From NCBI GenBank assembly GCA_002633005.1, contig NMRA01000019.1:1135052-1199051 (forward strand): a stretch of 64,000 nt of DNA, in the 5' to 3' direction. Each line of letters opens with the position of its first letter. The first letter of the stretch is position 1. The stretch is from Phoronis australis (taxonomy: Eukaryota; Animalia; Phoronida). A model generated the notes under the pieces. The model worked only from the letters and a program-made list of their open reading frames with translations, made no database searches and was not told where the DNA came from. The position numbers were made by a program, and so were the translations under genes. This document shows, piece after piece, positions 25,801 through 40,800 of this stretch.

Positions 25801-28800
25801 CAAAAAGTTTCGAAAGGTCAAGTTGGCACTAACTGCTGTTCCCCGTGTGACATTGTCTCTAAACAACGGTGAAATAAGACCCTAGAAACTAAATGTTTCC
25901 ATGTGATTCAATATAAAATATAAAACAATGGCATAGCATATGAGGTGATTGAACAAGTATTTTACAGTATTAAGTAATTACCAAACACTATGTAGATTCT
26001 AAGTACATGTATTATACTGCGTTGCTTTAAAACTAGTATTATAGAATTCATTAAGTTTGTGGTTTCATGACATCAGTAGAAAATTTACATGTTATAAAAG
26101 TTGAACTCACTGTCAATGCTGAGGAGAAACTCTGCCCGAGCCGTGCTACCTCCCGCATTTTGTACAACACAAATATACTTTCCGGCGTCGTCTGCGCGAA
26201 GATTGGTCAACCTGTAAAGCGTAAGATGAGACCTATGCACTTCGCTGATCTACTATTTGCACCTTCCGGTTAACTTTGGAGTAATATGCAAGCTTTAGAG
26301 ACATTACATATTAAAATGAAACAACATTTGTTTTACATATTCTGATAATTGAATGAATAACGAAGATGAAGCATGCAATCAAGAGCTTACGTCAGTATGT
26401 CATTTGAGTCAGAGTTGTATCTCCCAATAGGCAGCGATCCGCCCTCTTTAGACCAGCGCACTGTATAACCCGAGGAACCTGGCGCAGAGCAGCGGAGTGA
26501 CATACGCCCTCCCTCCAAGTAGAAGCTGCTGCCATCTAGTGCTGTTATCACTGCATTACCGAGTGGTCGAGCTGAAACTCACACGTCAGTGAAGCAATAC
26601 CACAGCAGGTTATGAAGTATCCAAAATTCTTCGTGCGTTTGCAAATTATTAAGTACGTCAACTATGTCCTGCTTGAGTGTCAAGCGCAAACGCTAAATTT
26701 TCAAACATTATTCCAGGCAGTCAAATTAGAGCACAGAGGTGAAAAACAAAAAATATTCACTGCCAGTTTTCTACATAATTTGTGTGCAACCACCTTGAAA
26801 AAATATTTCAAATTGTACATTCTCGTTACCTAGTTAGTCCATTTCACGTTAATTGTTTAAACTAGAGATATGATTAACAGCACGTCAAAATTGATCACCT
26901 CGAACGAGAATCTCTCGTCTAGACTCGGCCCTTCCGCCTACATTTGTTGCAAGGCAAACGTATATCCCAGCATCCTCCAGTTTGACGTCACGCAGCACCA
27001 ACTTGTTACCAGGAGTCGAGTGCCCCAACGGAAGTGGCTTTCCGTCCAGTCGACGCCATGTTATGGTTGGAGGTGGCACCCCTAAAAGTCATGAAAGTCA
27101 ACAATGCGATTTCTTGGAAGCTGTTTTTAATGATGAATAAAACAGGTCCGTAGCAAGGGGGGTTCGATCGAACCCCCCCCCCCTCGCGGATAAGGTCCAG
27201 CCCCAGCCTATCCGTTAGATGGACAACAACAACAAAAACAACAACAACAACAAAATTGTTGCAGTTACTGGTAGAACTAACTATAAGTATAGCTAATTTA
27301 GACGAATTTGCTTCTCATTCAAAGAGCTTCGCTTAATCATCGGGCACTGCCCGGCTCCAGGGCCCAACTTCGCCCGAGTGGTGTTTGCGCAGATGACAGG
27401 ATCGTGCAGACGTTTAGAGGAGGCTTTATGTCATTCATTGGCATTAAACGTGCGTGGTTGCTACACCATTATCGTCAATATTATCGTTGGCCAAATGAGT
27501 GAACGTTACTCCGATAAATTACGTGAGTAAGTTAATTCTTGTTAGAGGCGTTAAGTAATTATTTGCGGCGTAAAGTACTCATTCATGACGTAATTATTAC
27601 ATTACGACGTAAAGTAAGTATTTGCGGCGCTAAAAGTTACTTTATGCCGCAAATAATTACTTGACGCCACAAATAATTTATTTATGCCGCACTTAATTAC
27701 GAGTGTAACAAGAATTATCTTACGCACGTAATTTAACGGCGTAACATTCACCCAATTGGCCAACGATACATTATAGGGTAACAAGGGAGTCTAGAAGTAA
27801 ATGTCTATAACTAGCTAAGCTTTAAAATAGCGAACTAGCTCTCAAAAAGTAGTGTGGCGTGAATGTCTTAAAATCAACCAAGAAACAAAACAGCAGAAAA
27901 TATGATTGTTATCTGCTATTTTGGTGTACTTGCTATCATAGTAGGGTAAGGTGCAGGCATTTCAAATTTCTAATTGAAGGTTTCGTCAGATGATTGTTGT
28001 TCATCCAGAGTTCACTTTCATGGTGGATTGGTGTGTTGACTTGCATGCGCGTGTACACGTGTGTGCGTTTTCATTCTTTTAATCCAGTACACGCCGAACG
28101 GTAAGTTCAGCTTTGTTTCGGAGAACTGGATGGGAAAGTCATTTTAGTATCTGTCAAAAGGTCAAACCCGGAATTGGTATCCTTTTAAAAATGCAACAAC
28201 GTACTTAGTTTTCCGTATTCGTAAGACATGCGGACAATTTCGTATGCGCATGAAATCAATAGTACCCAGACGATATTTTCGGTAAAGGTACACCACTCAG
28301 CGCATCTAATAACCGAAGTATCGTTTACTTTTACATGAAAATATATAAAAAATAAACCTGGGTTCGAAACTTTAGATATTTTCGGAGTAGTGAATCTTCG
28401 TAGTAGTGAACCTTCAGAAAAGTGGGCTGTGCCCATTTTCAGCGATGTAAGTAACACGCAAAAATACAACCAGATTAAAATTTCGTCAAGTCATTCTCAG
28501 ACAAAAAAATTTCGTCTGAGTATGTATTTAAGCACGCCTGATTTGAAAGTTTGGCGGGTCAACGTTTGCAAAATATCAAGAGTGCACTGTTCCAGAAATC
28601 CGAACCACCCCCTGCGCAATGCTGGCTGCGGACTTGCATAACTTTTTGTAAGTATGAAACTATTAGCTATTATTAACTATTTAGCTAGCTAAACAATGCA
28701 AATCGAATTAGACATTTTGCTCTCATAAAGTCGGACTCATAACATTCTTTAGCGAGAAAGGATCCACTACCAAGTGAAGACACAAGTAATACACCTACAT

Positions 28801-31800
28801 GCGCCATTTTCGAACTTGCAACCGTAATCAACTCTGAAGCGCTTTGATGAATTGCCGATGATTTCGATGTTCTTGTTGGTAACCGAAATAGAATCCTATC
28901 AGAAGGCTGAATCGGGCGAAATGCAGCTTTATGAACGAGTGACTTACCTTGAGCGTTGCAAGACATTTCGACTTGCTGGCCAATAAATACGTTCTGATTA
29001 AGGTTGCTTAAGTCCACATCCAGCATCCTTGGCGGCACAATGTCTGGAAGAAACGGAAAAATATTGAATGTACTTGGTATAGTTGTTATTTGAAGTCCAA
29101 AATGTTGTCATGGTGATACCCGTTAAATATGCACTGAATTTATAAAAGATTTAGCTTTTCAGTTTACCTCGGTCGGCTATGCCAAGGAAATATTGAACAC
29201 TTTACCTATTGTGAGACGGAAGATAGCTCGTGCACTTCCACCGGAGTTTTCTGCAAGGCAAACATACGTCCCGGCGTCGTCTTCTTGGAGGTCACGGATT
29301 CTGAAACAATTACTTTCGTTCAAATATTTGACCATAACTAAAAACTATCGTTTTTATAACACGTAAAATTTAAAAGCCTATTTCCTCGTGCTTAGTTGTC
29401 ACTTAAACGTAAGTTGAGTTCTAAACCAAGAGGTTTTCAGGATTTAAAAACATAATTTGTTTCAATCAACCCTAAATTGTAACTGAGTGAGCTGATGTGC
29501 GACGTGCTCAAAGGAAAGAGTGAGTCACGTGACAGACCTATTTTTGAGTGGTCAAGCCATTTTCGAATTTCAAGTTTGGCCAACCCCATAAATTCGACGA
29601 TTTCCTGAAGCGTTTTTGACTTGTTGAAGGTTTGATTTTTTATCTTCTTAACAGAAAACAAATCCCATCATGATAAAACAATTTGGAGACCAAAATAAGA
29701 GTAAGTTAGAGACTTACCGGTAATTGCATTTTGTTTTTCGGTCAGTTTACCCAGAGGAAATGCAGTGCGAATTATTGTTTAAGTGTTTCACAAGACAAAC
29801 TTGAATGTTATTATGGAATCGATCACTTAGACCTAATGTAAAACTCACGAGAGTCTACCGTTCCTTTCCGTATATCGTCCTCTTGGTAATGCACCTCCAT
29901 CTTTACTCCACCGAGTAGTGTAGTCGCCGGAACCCGTCACCGAGCACTGAAGTGACATTGTGTCACCGAACTGGTAGGTTGACTTGCCATCAAGGGCATT
30001 GATAGTGACGACACCTGGTGGTCGACCTAAAGACGACAATATCGCGAGTGTTTTTCAACTGTTCAAAATTAAGTGAAAGTTTGTCTAATTACAAAAAACG
30101 ACGCTTGCAAGTGAACTACATGGCTAAAGAAAAAGGGGCAATTATAACAGGTTGATCCAACAAATATTCTATCACAAGCAAAAGTTCATCAAATCAAGGA
30201 TTTTATCGCTTATTGAATGAACTAACCAATAGTAGAGCTACAATGACCAAAATACGATAAAGGTCAAGAGTGTGACATCTGAATCTCACCCGTTATCCGC
30301 AAGTTATACGTTGCATCGACGGTTCCCCCTCTGTTGGTGGCAACACAGACGTATTCGCCGGAATCGGCCTCTTTTGCTCGTCTAATTGTTAGAGTGTTGC
30401 CAGAGATGCTGTGCCGGCGTGACAAAGGCCTTCCGCTGCGTCTTTTCCATGTGATTGTTGGTTTCGGAAGTCCTAGAAAGCGCGACAGATGTCACATGTT
30501 TAACAAATATGCTATTTTTGGTGACTTTTAATAATAACGACATTAAATGTATACATCACATGTCTAGTAAGCAAGATTCTTCATTACGGACGCTTTGTCA
30601 GTTTCGTTCATTTCATTAGTGGTCAAATGTTATCTGCGACACGTTTTATAACGCTAATTCGTTCTCTGAGAGTTTGGCATGATCACCAAAGGCTTCTAGC
30701 TCGATGCACTACATTTACAAGCCAAGAACGTCATCTCACTAGCTCTCATACTTGCACTCGCAAATACTTTGCATTTTGGAACGATATCCTCAGCTGCACG
30801 TTACCTGAAGCTTCACAGATGAGCGTGACGGTTTCGTCTTTGTAGGCGTTGGTGTTTCCTGTTCCGCGAGTAAATATGCTTGGAGTGACCGTTGCTAGAG
30901 AAGAGAATCGTTTACAATACAGAAACAGAATTTGGAAAACAAGGCAATTTGTAAGGCAGCATAGCCTACGTAATCGACGACAAATAAGGTTAAGTTACAA
31001 ATATCAATCACAGTCACTTAAAGCAACTAGTAACTCGCGTTCCGTCAAAAAAGCAAACTTTTGATTTAGACCACGATAACATTTGTCGTTCCTGACTCAA
31101 GAAGAAGCTATTTTTGTTTTGCGAAGAACTGCAGTTCGCTATTTCTCGAGACCATACTAGGCGCCGAATAAAATGACCAGCCGTGACAAGTCAACTACTA
31201 GAAGAGCCTGGCCTCAATCACCTACGAATTCCCAGTTCTTTCAAACCCAGAAATCAATCTAGCACGACTTGGGAACCAATTTCATGGCTGTGGGTGTTCT
31301 GATCAAAAGTTGTTTTTGTGTCTAAATCCACTCATGATAGGTTTAATTATACGCAGTAATCAAAGAGGTCGCTGCCTTCCATAAAGTTTGTTGCTCACCT
31401 GCAACCGTTATGACGACCTTCCCAACCAAAGTTGAATCAGGGCCATCGTATGTGCAAATGTATGTTCCGGAGTCAGACGGTTGGGAGTTGATTATCCTTA
31501 AAGAGCGTAAGAGCACATCGATTCAACACTTTAAACATCGATTTCAGTGCAACAATACTTTGTACGAGACGAAAAGCTTAACTGGTGAGATCTACCATTG
31601 GCGGTTCACATGATCGCTGTGCGCCAATACTACATCCAGAACTACTACTTTCGCCCACCCAAGACATGTAATTGTAAACTGTGGAGAAGAAATCCACAGA
31701 AAAGGGTCACAGGAGACATTACGTTTTTTCTAATTTTTGTTTGTTTCTAAAATTAAAAGTATACTAAACACAACTCTCAAATAATTCATTTATCTCATCC

Positions 31801-34800
31801 CCAAACGTTTTAAGCAATTGATGCTGTATTGAAATTTCGAGAGAATCATGGTTAGTCAAGCTTAAATACAGCTTCTGGTTTACCCTCATGCGCACACCCA
31901 GCCTTTAAAACGGGGGGGCTCGAACATTTGACGATGTGGACCTTTCACAACCAAAAAAGCGGAAGGACTAAAAAAACAAAAAACGTGATACCACGTTCAG
32001 AGTCGTGAATTATGTGTTGCGTCTTTTTAGAGGGTTTTTGTCTCGTTTTTCCGGACTTTTTGTTTCTCAGAGGCGTTTCTCTGAGGCGGACCTTTTTGCC
32101 CACTTCTCCAAATGGGCGGCTCGTTCGAGCCCCCGAACCTCCCCCCCCCCCTGGGGGGTGCGCGCATGACCCTTGACTTACGTTAGAACTCCGTTCACAA
32201 TTCTGTAACGTCCCACCGGTAACTGACCATCTTGTTTCGTCCAGCTAATTTTGCCCGTTCTCTTAGCACCACACTCTAAGACAATGTTGTCCCCAGGGAC
32301 GTATACGCCTCCACCGGGCTTTCCACCAGGCCGCGTTATGTTAACGTAGGCTGTAATTGGTCAAGATTATCTAACATAAAAACCGGGATACACAAGGCTC
32401 CATCCACTACAGTTAGTATCTTTCAAGTTTTGCCCGAAAGCTTGCGACAAGCAGGACATGATCCCATTAGTTTGNTTCTCAGAGGCGTTTCTCTGAGGCG
32501 GACCTTTTTGCCCACTTCTCCAAATGGGCGGCTCGTTCGAGCCCCCGAACCTCCCCCCCCCCCTGGGGGGTGCGCGCATGACCCTTGACTTACGTTAGAA
32601 CTCCGTTCACAATTCTGTAACGTCCCACCGGTAACTGACCATCTTGTTTCGTCCAGCTAATTTTGCCCGTTCTCTTAGCACCACACTCTAAGACAATGTT
32701 GTCTCCAGGGACGTATACGCCTCCACCGGGCTTTCCACCAGGCCGCGTTATGTTAACGTAGGCTGTAATTGGTCAAGATTATCTAACATAAAAACCGGGA
32801 TACACAAGGCTCCATTCACTACAGTTAGTATCTTTCAAGTTTTGCCCGAAAGCTTGCGACAAGCAGGACATGATCCCATTAGTTTGCATCCGCTGTTGAC
32901 TAGCCTCAGTGCACGAGATCCTCCGATGGCCTACTGCATTTTTCCCGGTTTCATTTTCGGAAAACGTCATTTCGGGACCAAAAATTAAATCCAAATTTAC
33001 CCAGAGACAAATAAAAGCACAGGCTTGTCAATACGTGCGACTTACTGTTCGGTAATATGAGCAATTGAAAACGTTAGGATTGGAGACCATTTCCGGAAGC
33101 TGTGGAAAGTTTTATAGTTCAACAATGCAGAGTTGTTATCCAAAAACACGCTCTGGTCGTATTGTCACAGTTTCCTTTGTATGCGCCCTCAGGAAGGCGT
33201 GCGTTCCAGCAGAAAAATCAGTAGTAATTTTTAAATTGTGTCTAGTAGACTGAGAATATGATCGGTGGGCGAATTAAACGTAAGAAACTTACTTTTCACT
33301 TTCAGCTGATATCTGTTGCTGGTAGATTCGCCGTTCCTGTTCGAGGCTACACAGTAGTACATACCCGCATCACTTGATTTAAGGTTATTTATTCTGTAAA
33401 GGAGCGCATCGCATTCCATTGTCATAAATGAGCCGTAGTATAGAAATATCATCACCAACGTGGCCGTGGTATTACCTATGACTGGATTTACCGTATGTGG
33501 AATGGGGTCACTTTGAGAGACGAAAACAAGGTACACTTAAGGATTGGAGCACATTTTTGGGATAATGCAGTACTAGTCTATAATCCAGTGCAGAGGAGTG
33601 TAAACAGCAGAAAAGCCGTACACCAGGTCGACATTTCAATTCTCCAGCGACACACCTCTATGAGCATTGTGCCGTCATCTAACACACAAACAATAAGATC
33701 AGGTTAAAAAGCAGAAGTTTCCCAGTGTGCCCTGATTTCCATGCGACAAGTTACTGCAGACAGAACTTACGTCAGCAAATTGTTGTTCTCAACATAGCGC
33801 CCCGTTGGCAAGACACCGTTGCTTCTTCGCCATTCGATTCTCTCAATGTTCCCTCCATCAGCACTGCATCGGAACAAGGCAGTCGATCCTGGCTCATAAA
33901 AACCGCCACTAGGCGGGAATACAGGCGTAATTCGTGCGTTACTGGGGATATCTAAAATAAAATACATGGTTAGTGATCTGTGATAGTTTTGATACATTTC
34001 AACAAATACTTTTTTATTAATAACCTCAAAATATCACCAAATATAGCATCAACGATTGTATTAAAATGACAGAAACACAAGTAACATGAACTGAAGAAAT
34101 CCTTAGCAAAATCCTAGTTAAGTTGAAATGCATATCGTTAGGCTACTTTAACATTTATGCTTCACTGAGACGCGCATGTAGACAATAATGAAAGTTTGAA
34201 ACAGTGAAGTAACCGTACCTACAGCTTCAACACGAGCAACGACTTGAACCTCTCCAGCCGAATTTGACGCAGTACACTTATACGAGCCAGACTCTGTTGC
34301 CGGGTTAAAGTTCAGAAACCTGAAAGTAAAATGCTTGTTCTGGCAATTTTTGGAACATCTGCGGTTAAAAGAGTAAAAACCAAATCGTAAAAAGCCATTG
34401 TTGTTTCGTAAGGCGATGGCTATATGTACTTTGTAACTACTTACGTAAGTTTTCCATTCTGTCTCGTTACACCGGAAGTAAACAGCGCTCCTTCGCGTTC
34501 CCATCTGATAGTTGCTGGACTTCCACCGGACACAGAGCATAGTAAGACAAATCTGTCACCAGGACGTTTCAAATTCTCATTGCCGACCACTCGAATTCCT
34601 ACAGGTTTGCCTGCAAACGATGTTTTCAACGTCATCATTGAATACCAGCGAAAATGTTCACATATAGGTAGCCCATCTCTCTTTTACTCAATCTTGAAAT
34701 TATTTCAGTGCTTAATTTCATTAAATAATACAAGTTTTGTGATTCACGCAATTTATCATCATTTCGTCAATTTTGCCATCTTAGATCACCAGACCAGCGA

Positions 34801-37800
34801 AACATGACGATTTGTCTACGTACCCAAAACAGATATCGAAGCAGTTTTTTGACTGACGCCGGCAGCGCTGCTGGCGGTGCATCTGTACACCCCACCGTCA
34901 GATTGTCGCACATTTGATATCTCTAACACGCCTTCACGAGCAGTCGTGTATGGTCCAAGTAACTGGCCCACTTTGGTCCACTCTAGAGTTATGGGCTGGG
35001 TACCCGTAGCCGTGCAGAACAGCTTTATACTGGAGCCTGGAGCTTTTGTTACTGATGTTGGAGTGATGGTGACAACAGGAGGCTCTGCGGTAAACACGGA
35101 TTTTTACTATAATTCCACGCAATACCTTTAACTTTCTACGCGGCAAGTTGATGTACTAACACATGCGCGCACACAGCCTTCAATATGGGGGGGCTCGAAT
35201 TCCTGACGTTGCGGACCGTGTGGTAACAAAAAAGTGGGCTGGCTAAAAAAAAAACGGGTGCACCACTGTGAATTGCGCGTTTGTGCTTGTTTAGTGAACC
35301 TTTGTCTCATTTCTTGGACTTTTTGTTTCTCAGAGGCGGACCTTTTTGCCCACTTCGCCAAATGCCCCCCCCCCCCTGGGTGCGCGCATGTAACAGTTAC
35401 CCAAATATCAGTGGTTGTTTCTTTTACCTATACGCAGTCTTGGTCACGATTTTCTAGCAATGTTTGGAAGTTTTTAAACGCATTAATATCTACCACAAAA
35501 GTGATGATTTAGCACTTAAAATGTTTATGGAGGACATAACATTGGCGTTTTCAGCTTTATAAAAATTTGCTTGTGTTAATATGGAATAAATAGTTCACCT
35601 CGGACTGTTACTCGCATCTCTTCTTCATCAGAGCCCTCGCTGTTGGTGGCAGAACAAACATAGACGCCCGCGTCCTCGGCTTGTATATTGGACATGGTCA
35701 ACAAAGAACCATCCACCTGGACATTTCCTGACAGGGGTCGGCCTCTGCGACTCCACCTGACAGTGGGTATCGGGTCACCTGTATGTAATTCATGAACCTT
35801 TACTTATGTAGAAGTAGCTATCACTACACATCGCCTCTGAAACAGCTAATGCATAAAATGAGGCATTCTAAGATATCACGTGACATTTGATTCAGAATAT
35901 TAGTCGCTTCAAATTGAAACCACGAGAAAATATCTTTACCGTTGGCTGCACATCTGACTGTGATTCCAGACCCTTCGTTGATGACAGTATCCGGGATGGG
36001 TCCGATGGTCGGAACACGTCCCTGCTTCTCGGTCACTATGAAAGAAAGAAAGAATGTCATTTCGAATGCAAGTGGTACAGTTCTTCAGAGAATTTAAATC
36101 GATGAAATTGCTACTTGTATTGTCTAATACATTCAGTGACGGGGGTTCCACACCAATCGATGCCCCCGCCTAGTTGCCACGAAAGTTGATGTGACCGGGA
36201 GTGCGAAAATTGTGGCGACTGAGGGGGCGGGGGGGAGAGAACGGTGGCGACTGAAATGGGTGAGCAAACTGGTGAAGGGGGGTAGTGGAAATTTTGCAAC
36301 CGGGCGGAGACAAAATAGTACCTACTAGTGACAGTGATGGAAAACTGGGAGTAGCTTGAAATAGTAAATTATTCGAGCTGCCATAGATTAGGAGCCCCGA
36401 GATACATAAATCCAGCGTTGCGTATATTATATGTACTACTCAAGAGTACCTTACGTTGAACGCTACATTGAAAATTGTAAACATTAAAAATTTTCATCCA
36501 TAAAGACATGGAAAGGATTACACATTTGCTTGGTGATTTTTTTTCAAAAGCAAATGACACCGTATGACATTGGAATTAAAACTGTACACATACCTTTCAN
36601 ACCGGGAGTGCGAAAATTGTGGCGACTGAGGGGGCGGGGGAGAGAGAATGGTGGCGACCGAAATGGGTGAGCAAACTGGCGAACGGGGGTGGTGGAAATT
36701 TTGCAGCCGGGCGGAGACAAAATGGTACAAACTAGTGACGGTGATTAGAAAAATTATGGAAAACTGGGAGTAGCTTGAAATGATAAATTATTCGAGCTGC
36801 CATAGATTAGGGGCCCCGAGAAACATGAATCCAGCGTTGCGTATATTATATGTACTACTCAAGGGTACCTTACGTTGAACGCTACATTGAAAATTGTAAA
36901 CATTAAAAATTTTGATCCATAAAGACATGGAAAGGATTTACACATTTGCTTGGTGATTTTTTTTCAAAAGCAAATGACACCGTATGACATTGGAATTAAA
37001 ACTGTACACATACCTTTCACGATCACATACACACGTTGACCAGAACCCAAAGAGTTCTCTGCTACACACGTGTACCGACCGGCATCACGAAGCCTTACAT
37101 TGCGAATAGTGTATGTCGCCAGACCCTGACCATAACTGTCCCCAGCCCCCGGCTGCAGGCGGGCCCCTGTTGGCCCTTCCCATCTTAGAGTGGAGGGCGG
37201 GAAACCAGTGGATGAACATCTGAGCTTGACGTCACTTCCTTCTTGCGCTGTCACTTCTTTTTCCGTCGGCCCCACGAAGTCGTTGCCACCTGTACAGTGA
37301 GAAAACGAAGTCTCTTGTTTTACAACGAGAGAATGAAGATAGTAAACGAGTACTTGAAGCAGATCTGTAGTTTTTAATAACTGCAATGCATTAATAACAC
37401 TTGAAATTGCATTAAAACGTCTGACGGTTCGTTTCAAGTACATGACGCCCTGATACTGATACTCACTGGCGGATCTAAGATGTCGTAAAGGGGTTTCCCT
37501 GCCCCTCCAAGTCCGACTATGAAACCATCGTTTAAGAGACTAGAAAAATTGCTTTGGTACTGTAGAAAAAAAAACGATTCCAAGCTCCTTCACCTACCAA
37601 TTTGTATTGTAGCACTACCAATTCCAGCCGCGTTGGTTGCCTTGCAAACGTACACACCTACGTCTTCCTCAGTAATTCCGTTAAACTTGAGAAGACCTCC
37701 CGAAGCTTCTGTGTTCCTACTAAATGCCTTACCGTCTTGCCTACCAATGAAATTGCGAATAATCAAGCAGGTAAAACAGTGATTCTCTACCTTAATCAAA

Positions 37801-40800
37801 AACAACTTATAACTTAGCGTCTAAGAAACCAGTTGGTCAAACTCTGTGATAATCGCAAGCATCATGCAGACACAAGAAACTAGCGAAAACGCAAGATCAC
37901 AAAAGTCTTATCGAGATACAAATGAGGCACGAGATTACACCAGCTTTTCTCATTAGTGCCTTGCGTCTACTGATACGCAGCTCATGCACCCATTTCGACG
38001 CAGTACATTCGCCAAAAACGCATGATCACTGGGTCTTCCCAGGTATCCCGTGTATTAAAGCAACGAACGAGATCACCAGCTTCATCCGCGAGATCCATGC
38101 ATCTTCGAGACTCAGTCCATGTTTACCTTTCCCAAATAAGTTCTGGTTGCGGTGATCCTACTAAAACGCGACAAAGTACAGTGCGCTTGTCTCCTCTGGC
38201 GATGTTGGTAATAGGTCCCGCGGGCACTATTTTTACACGAGGTAGGATAGGATCTAAAATTGAAAATAAATACGCCGATAAAAGGAAAAAAATCGGAGAA
38301 AATTTACATTCCTTTTAATTTAATTACGTTCAAAATTGAAAAAATTTTGTTTTGTAGCTAGATGTTAATGTTGTTTTGAATAGACGAGCACGTTGTACAA
38401 TTGTGTGACATCAAACAATTCTTGATCAAGGAGCCCGTTTCGAAACACACGTGTGTCATGTGTCATGTTTCTTATGTTGAAATTTTAATGTATGGAATTT
38501 CTGCATTCAGCAGAACTTCTTCGTTGTGAACTTTTTTCGAATCATAGTCGAAAAGTCACTTACTTTCGACATTAACGACGGATGATTTCGTATCTGATCC
38601 CGCTCGGTTTGTAGCAGTACATGAATAAGCACCAGCGTCTGACAGACCCGCGCTGCGGATACGAAGGACACTTCCATCGACCTAGAGAAGAAAACTTTCA
38701 CAGTCAACGGTGGATTTATGATTTTATCTCCGGGGTTTGTTCATTCAGGGGTTACTTACTGAGGGATTTTCATCCACCCGTAATCACTCACCCCTTGCGG
38801 TAGACTAGACCCGTCAGTAACAGATATACTGTGATTTAGATAATTCGTAATATCAATTTTGGCGTAAATGAACCTGTATTTAAAATTTATTAAATTTTGC
38901 TATCGAAAACCTGTATTACCTCATGGTTGCTACGTAACGGTCCACCGTTAAACGTCCATCTTATCTCTGGAGTAGGAGTTCCTGTTACAGTAGCGCGCAG
39001 TATTCCATTCTGACCAGTCTTGAGAGATAGTCTTGAAGGAGTCAAATTAACGGATGGCCTTGTCACTGGAAAAAGTATTGTCAAGTTCATATTTACATGT
39101 ATATGGATGAACGAGTGACGGGGAAACGGGATAATGCAAGCGACTAAAAACAAGCTGTCATGACTGTGTTTAATGTCACACTGGTTAGAATAGTTTTCTT
39201 AATTTCAGAGCATAATTCGGCTTCAGCTTGGATGATAAAAAATTGACCAATTGACAGCCAATCTACGTGGGATTTGGTCGAAGGCTGCAGTAAACTGTTT
39301 TCGGGTAGCTTCTCTTGTTTAATAATTGATCGACCAGTTCTGGGTTCCCTTCTCAATACCATTTTATCTTTGAGTAAAGGTCGAATAATCACTTACTGAC
39401 GACGTTAACGACGGATGATTTCGTGGCGGAACCTGCTTGGTTTGTAGCAGTGACCGAGTAAGCACCTTCGTCAGATGGACTCGCTCTACGGATGCGAAGA
39501 ATAACCCCGTCGGCCTAGGGAATGGAACTTTCACTTTAGGAAACAAGTTGCAGTTTTAATATACTTTGGGATTATTTTATTTATTTGTACACAACGCCAT
39601 TGACCACAAGTACACCTAGCAAGTACTACACACACTAGACACCGACACAAAAAGGATCCTGTTTTTGGTGGCATAATATACACATTTCACGACTGAGATG
39701 TCAGGTTTACTTACAAGTTTATAAAATTCAAGCAGAGAAGGGTTTGCCCTAGTGTTCTCACGTAACTTAGCTCTAATTTCAGAGAAAGAGTTGCAAACTA
39801 ACACAATGTAATATTCATCATCAATACTATTCTGCGAGCACAATACACATACTCTGTCTTTATATTCCACATTTAAATGACTGCCAAATTGCACTGGCGC
39901 TTTACAGTTTGCGCAGCGAAGATGTATAAAAACAATGCATAAGCTATCTTGGAGGGCAATTAATTTCTAAGTACTTTTCGAATCAAATACTGCTTTGTTG
40001 AAGTTTTTACAGTGTTTAACTAAGAATTGGAATCAACATGGGGCTGTCATCTTTGAAAGAAGGCCTTACGTCGTGAGAAAATATTTATTTAGTTTTAATG
40101 TAAACAAACTGCATTCACCTTGAAAAAGTAGTTCCTGCTTGTTTTATGAGACCGGATTTCATTCGCCACATTTGTTGCTTCACTGTGAACTAGTTTCGGG
40201 AAAGCTTGACGGTTAGCGCACATAAAGTTCAAGGCAAAGGAATTTCGATGAACATTTGATCGCCCTTTGAACCAGTTTAACTGAAACCCTGTAAGGTGTA
40301 GGATAAGTCGCATCCATTTTCTCTGTGTTTAAAGATTTTACGTACTATGGGGGTAGATTTTCGACCAAAATGTTTAATCTCCGTAAAATTCCCATCCATT
40401 AATATCGAGATCAGATTTCTTTGAAAAAACTCGAAAACCCATGCTAAAGATCCGTGTTACCTCATGGTTGCTACGTAACCGGCCGCCATTAAACGTCCAG
40501 CTAATCACAGGAGTTGGCGTCCCCGTCACAGTTGCTCGCAATATTCCGTCATCTCCAGGTTTGATTGTCAATCGGGAAGGACTGACCCCCACGGATGGTC
40601 TTGTCTCTGGTGGACAAACATCACAGATTCAGTAAAAGATGAAATTATGGAACTAAATTAAGCCGGGTTGGCAGACTTGACAACAGGTTATGGGCGAGTT
40701 GCGCATTGCTTTAAGAAACAAATAGGGTACCTGATCAAAGGGATGACCTGCCGCTTAAAATGAGCATTCACAAACACTAATATAAAAAGGATGATTAGGC

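Noticed and set aside
27545-27705. CRISPR-like repeat array
   Set aside because: The subrepeats are short, irregular, in both orientations and inside a hairpin MITE in a eukaryotic intron, with no cas genes.
32064-32885. Tandem duplication including an Ig exon and a MITE end
   Set aside because: The two ~410-bp copies abut the n at 32475 and differ by only about 2 SNPs, which is typical of overlapping contig ends or haplotypes rather than a real exon duplication.
36194-37019. Tandem ~410-bp duplication
   Set aside because: The copies meet exactly at the n at 36600. Most likely two alleles scaffolded in tandem.
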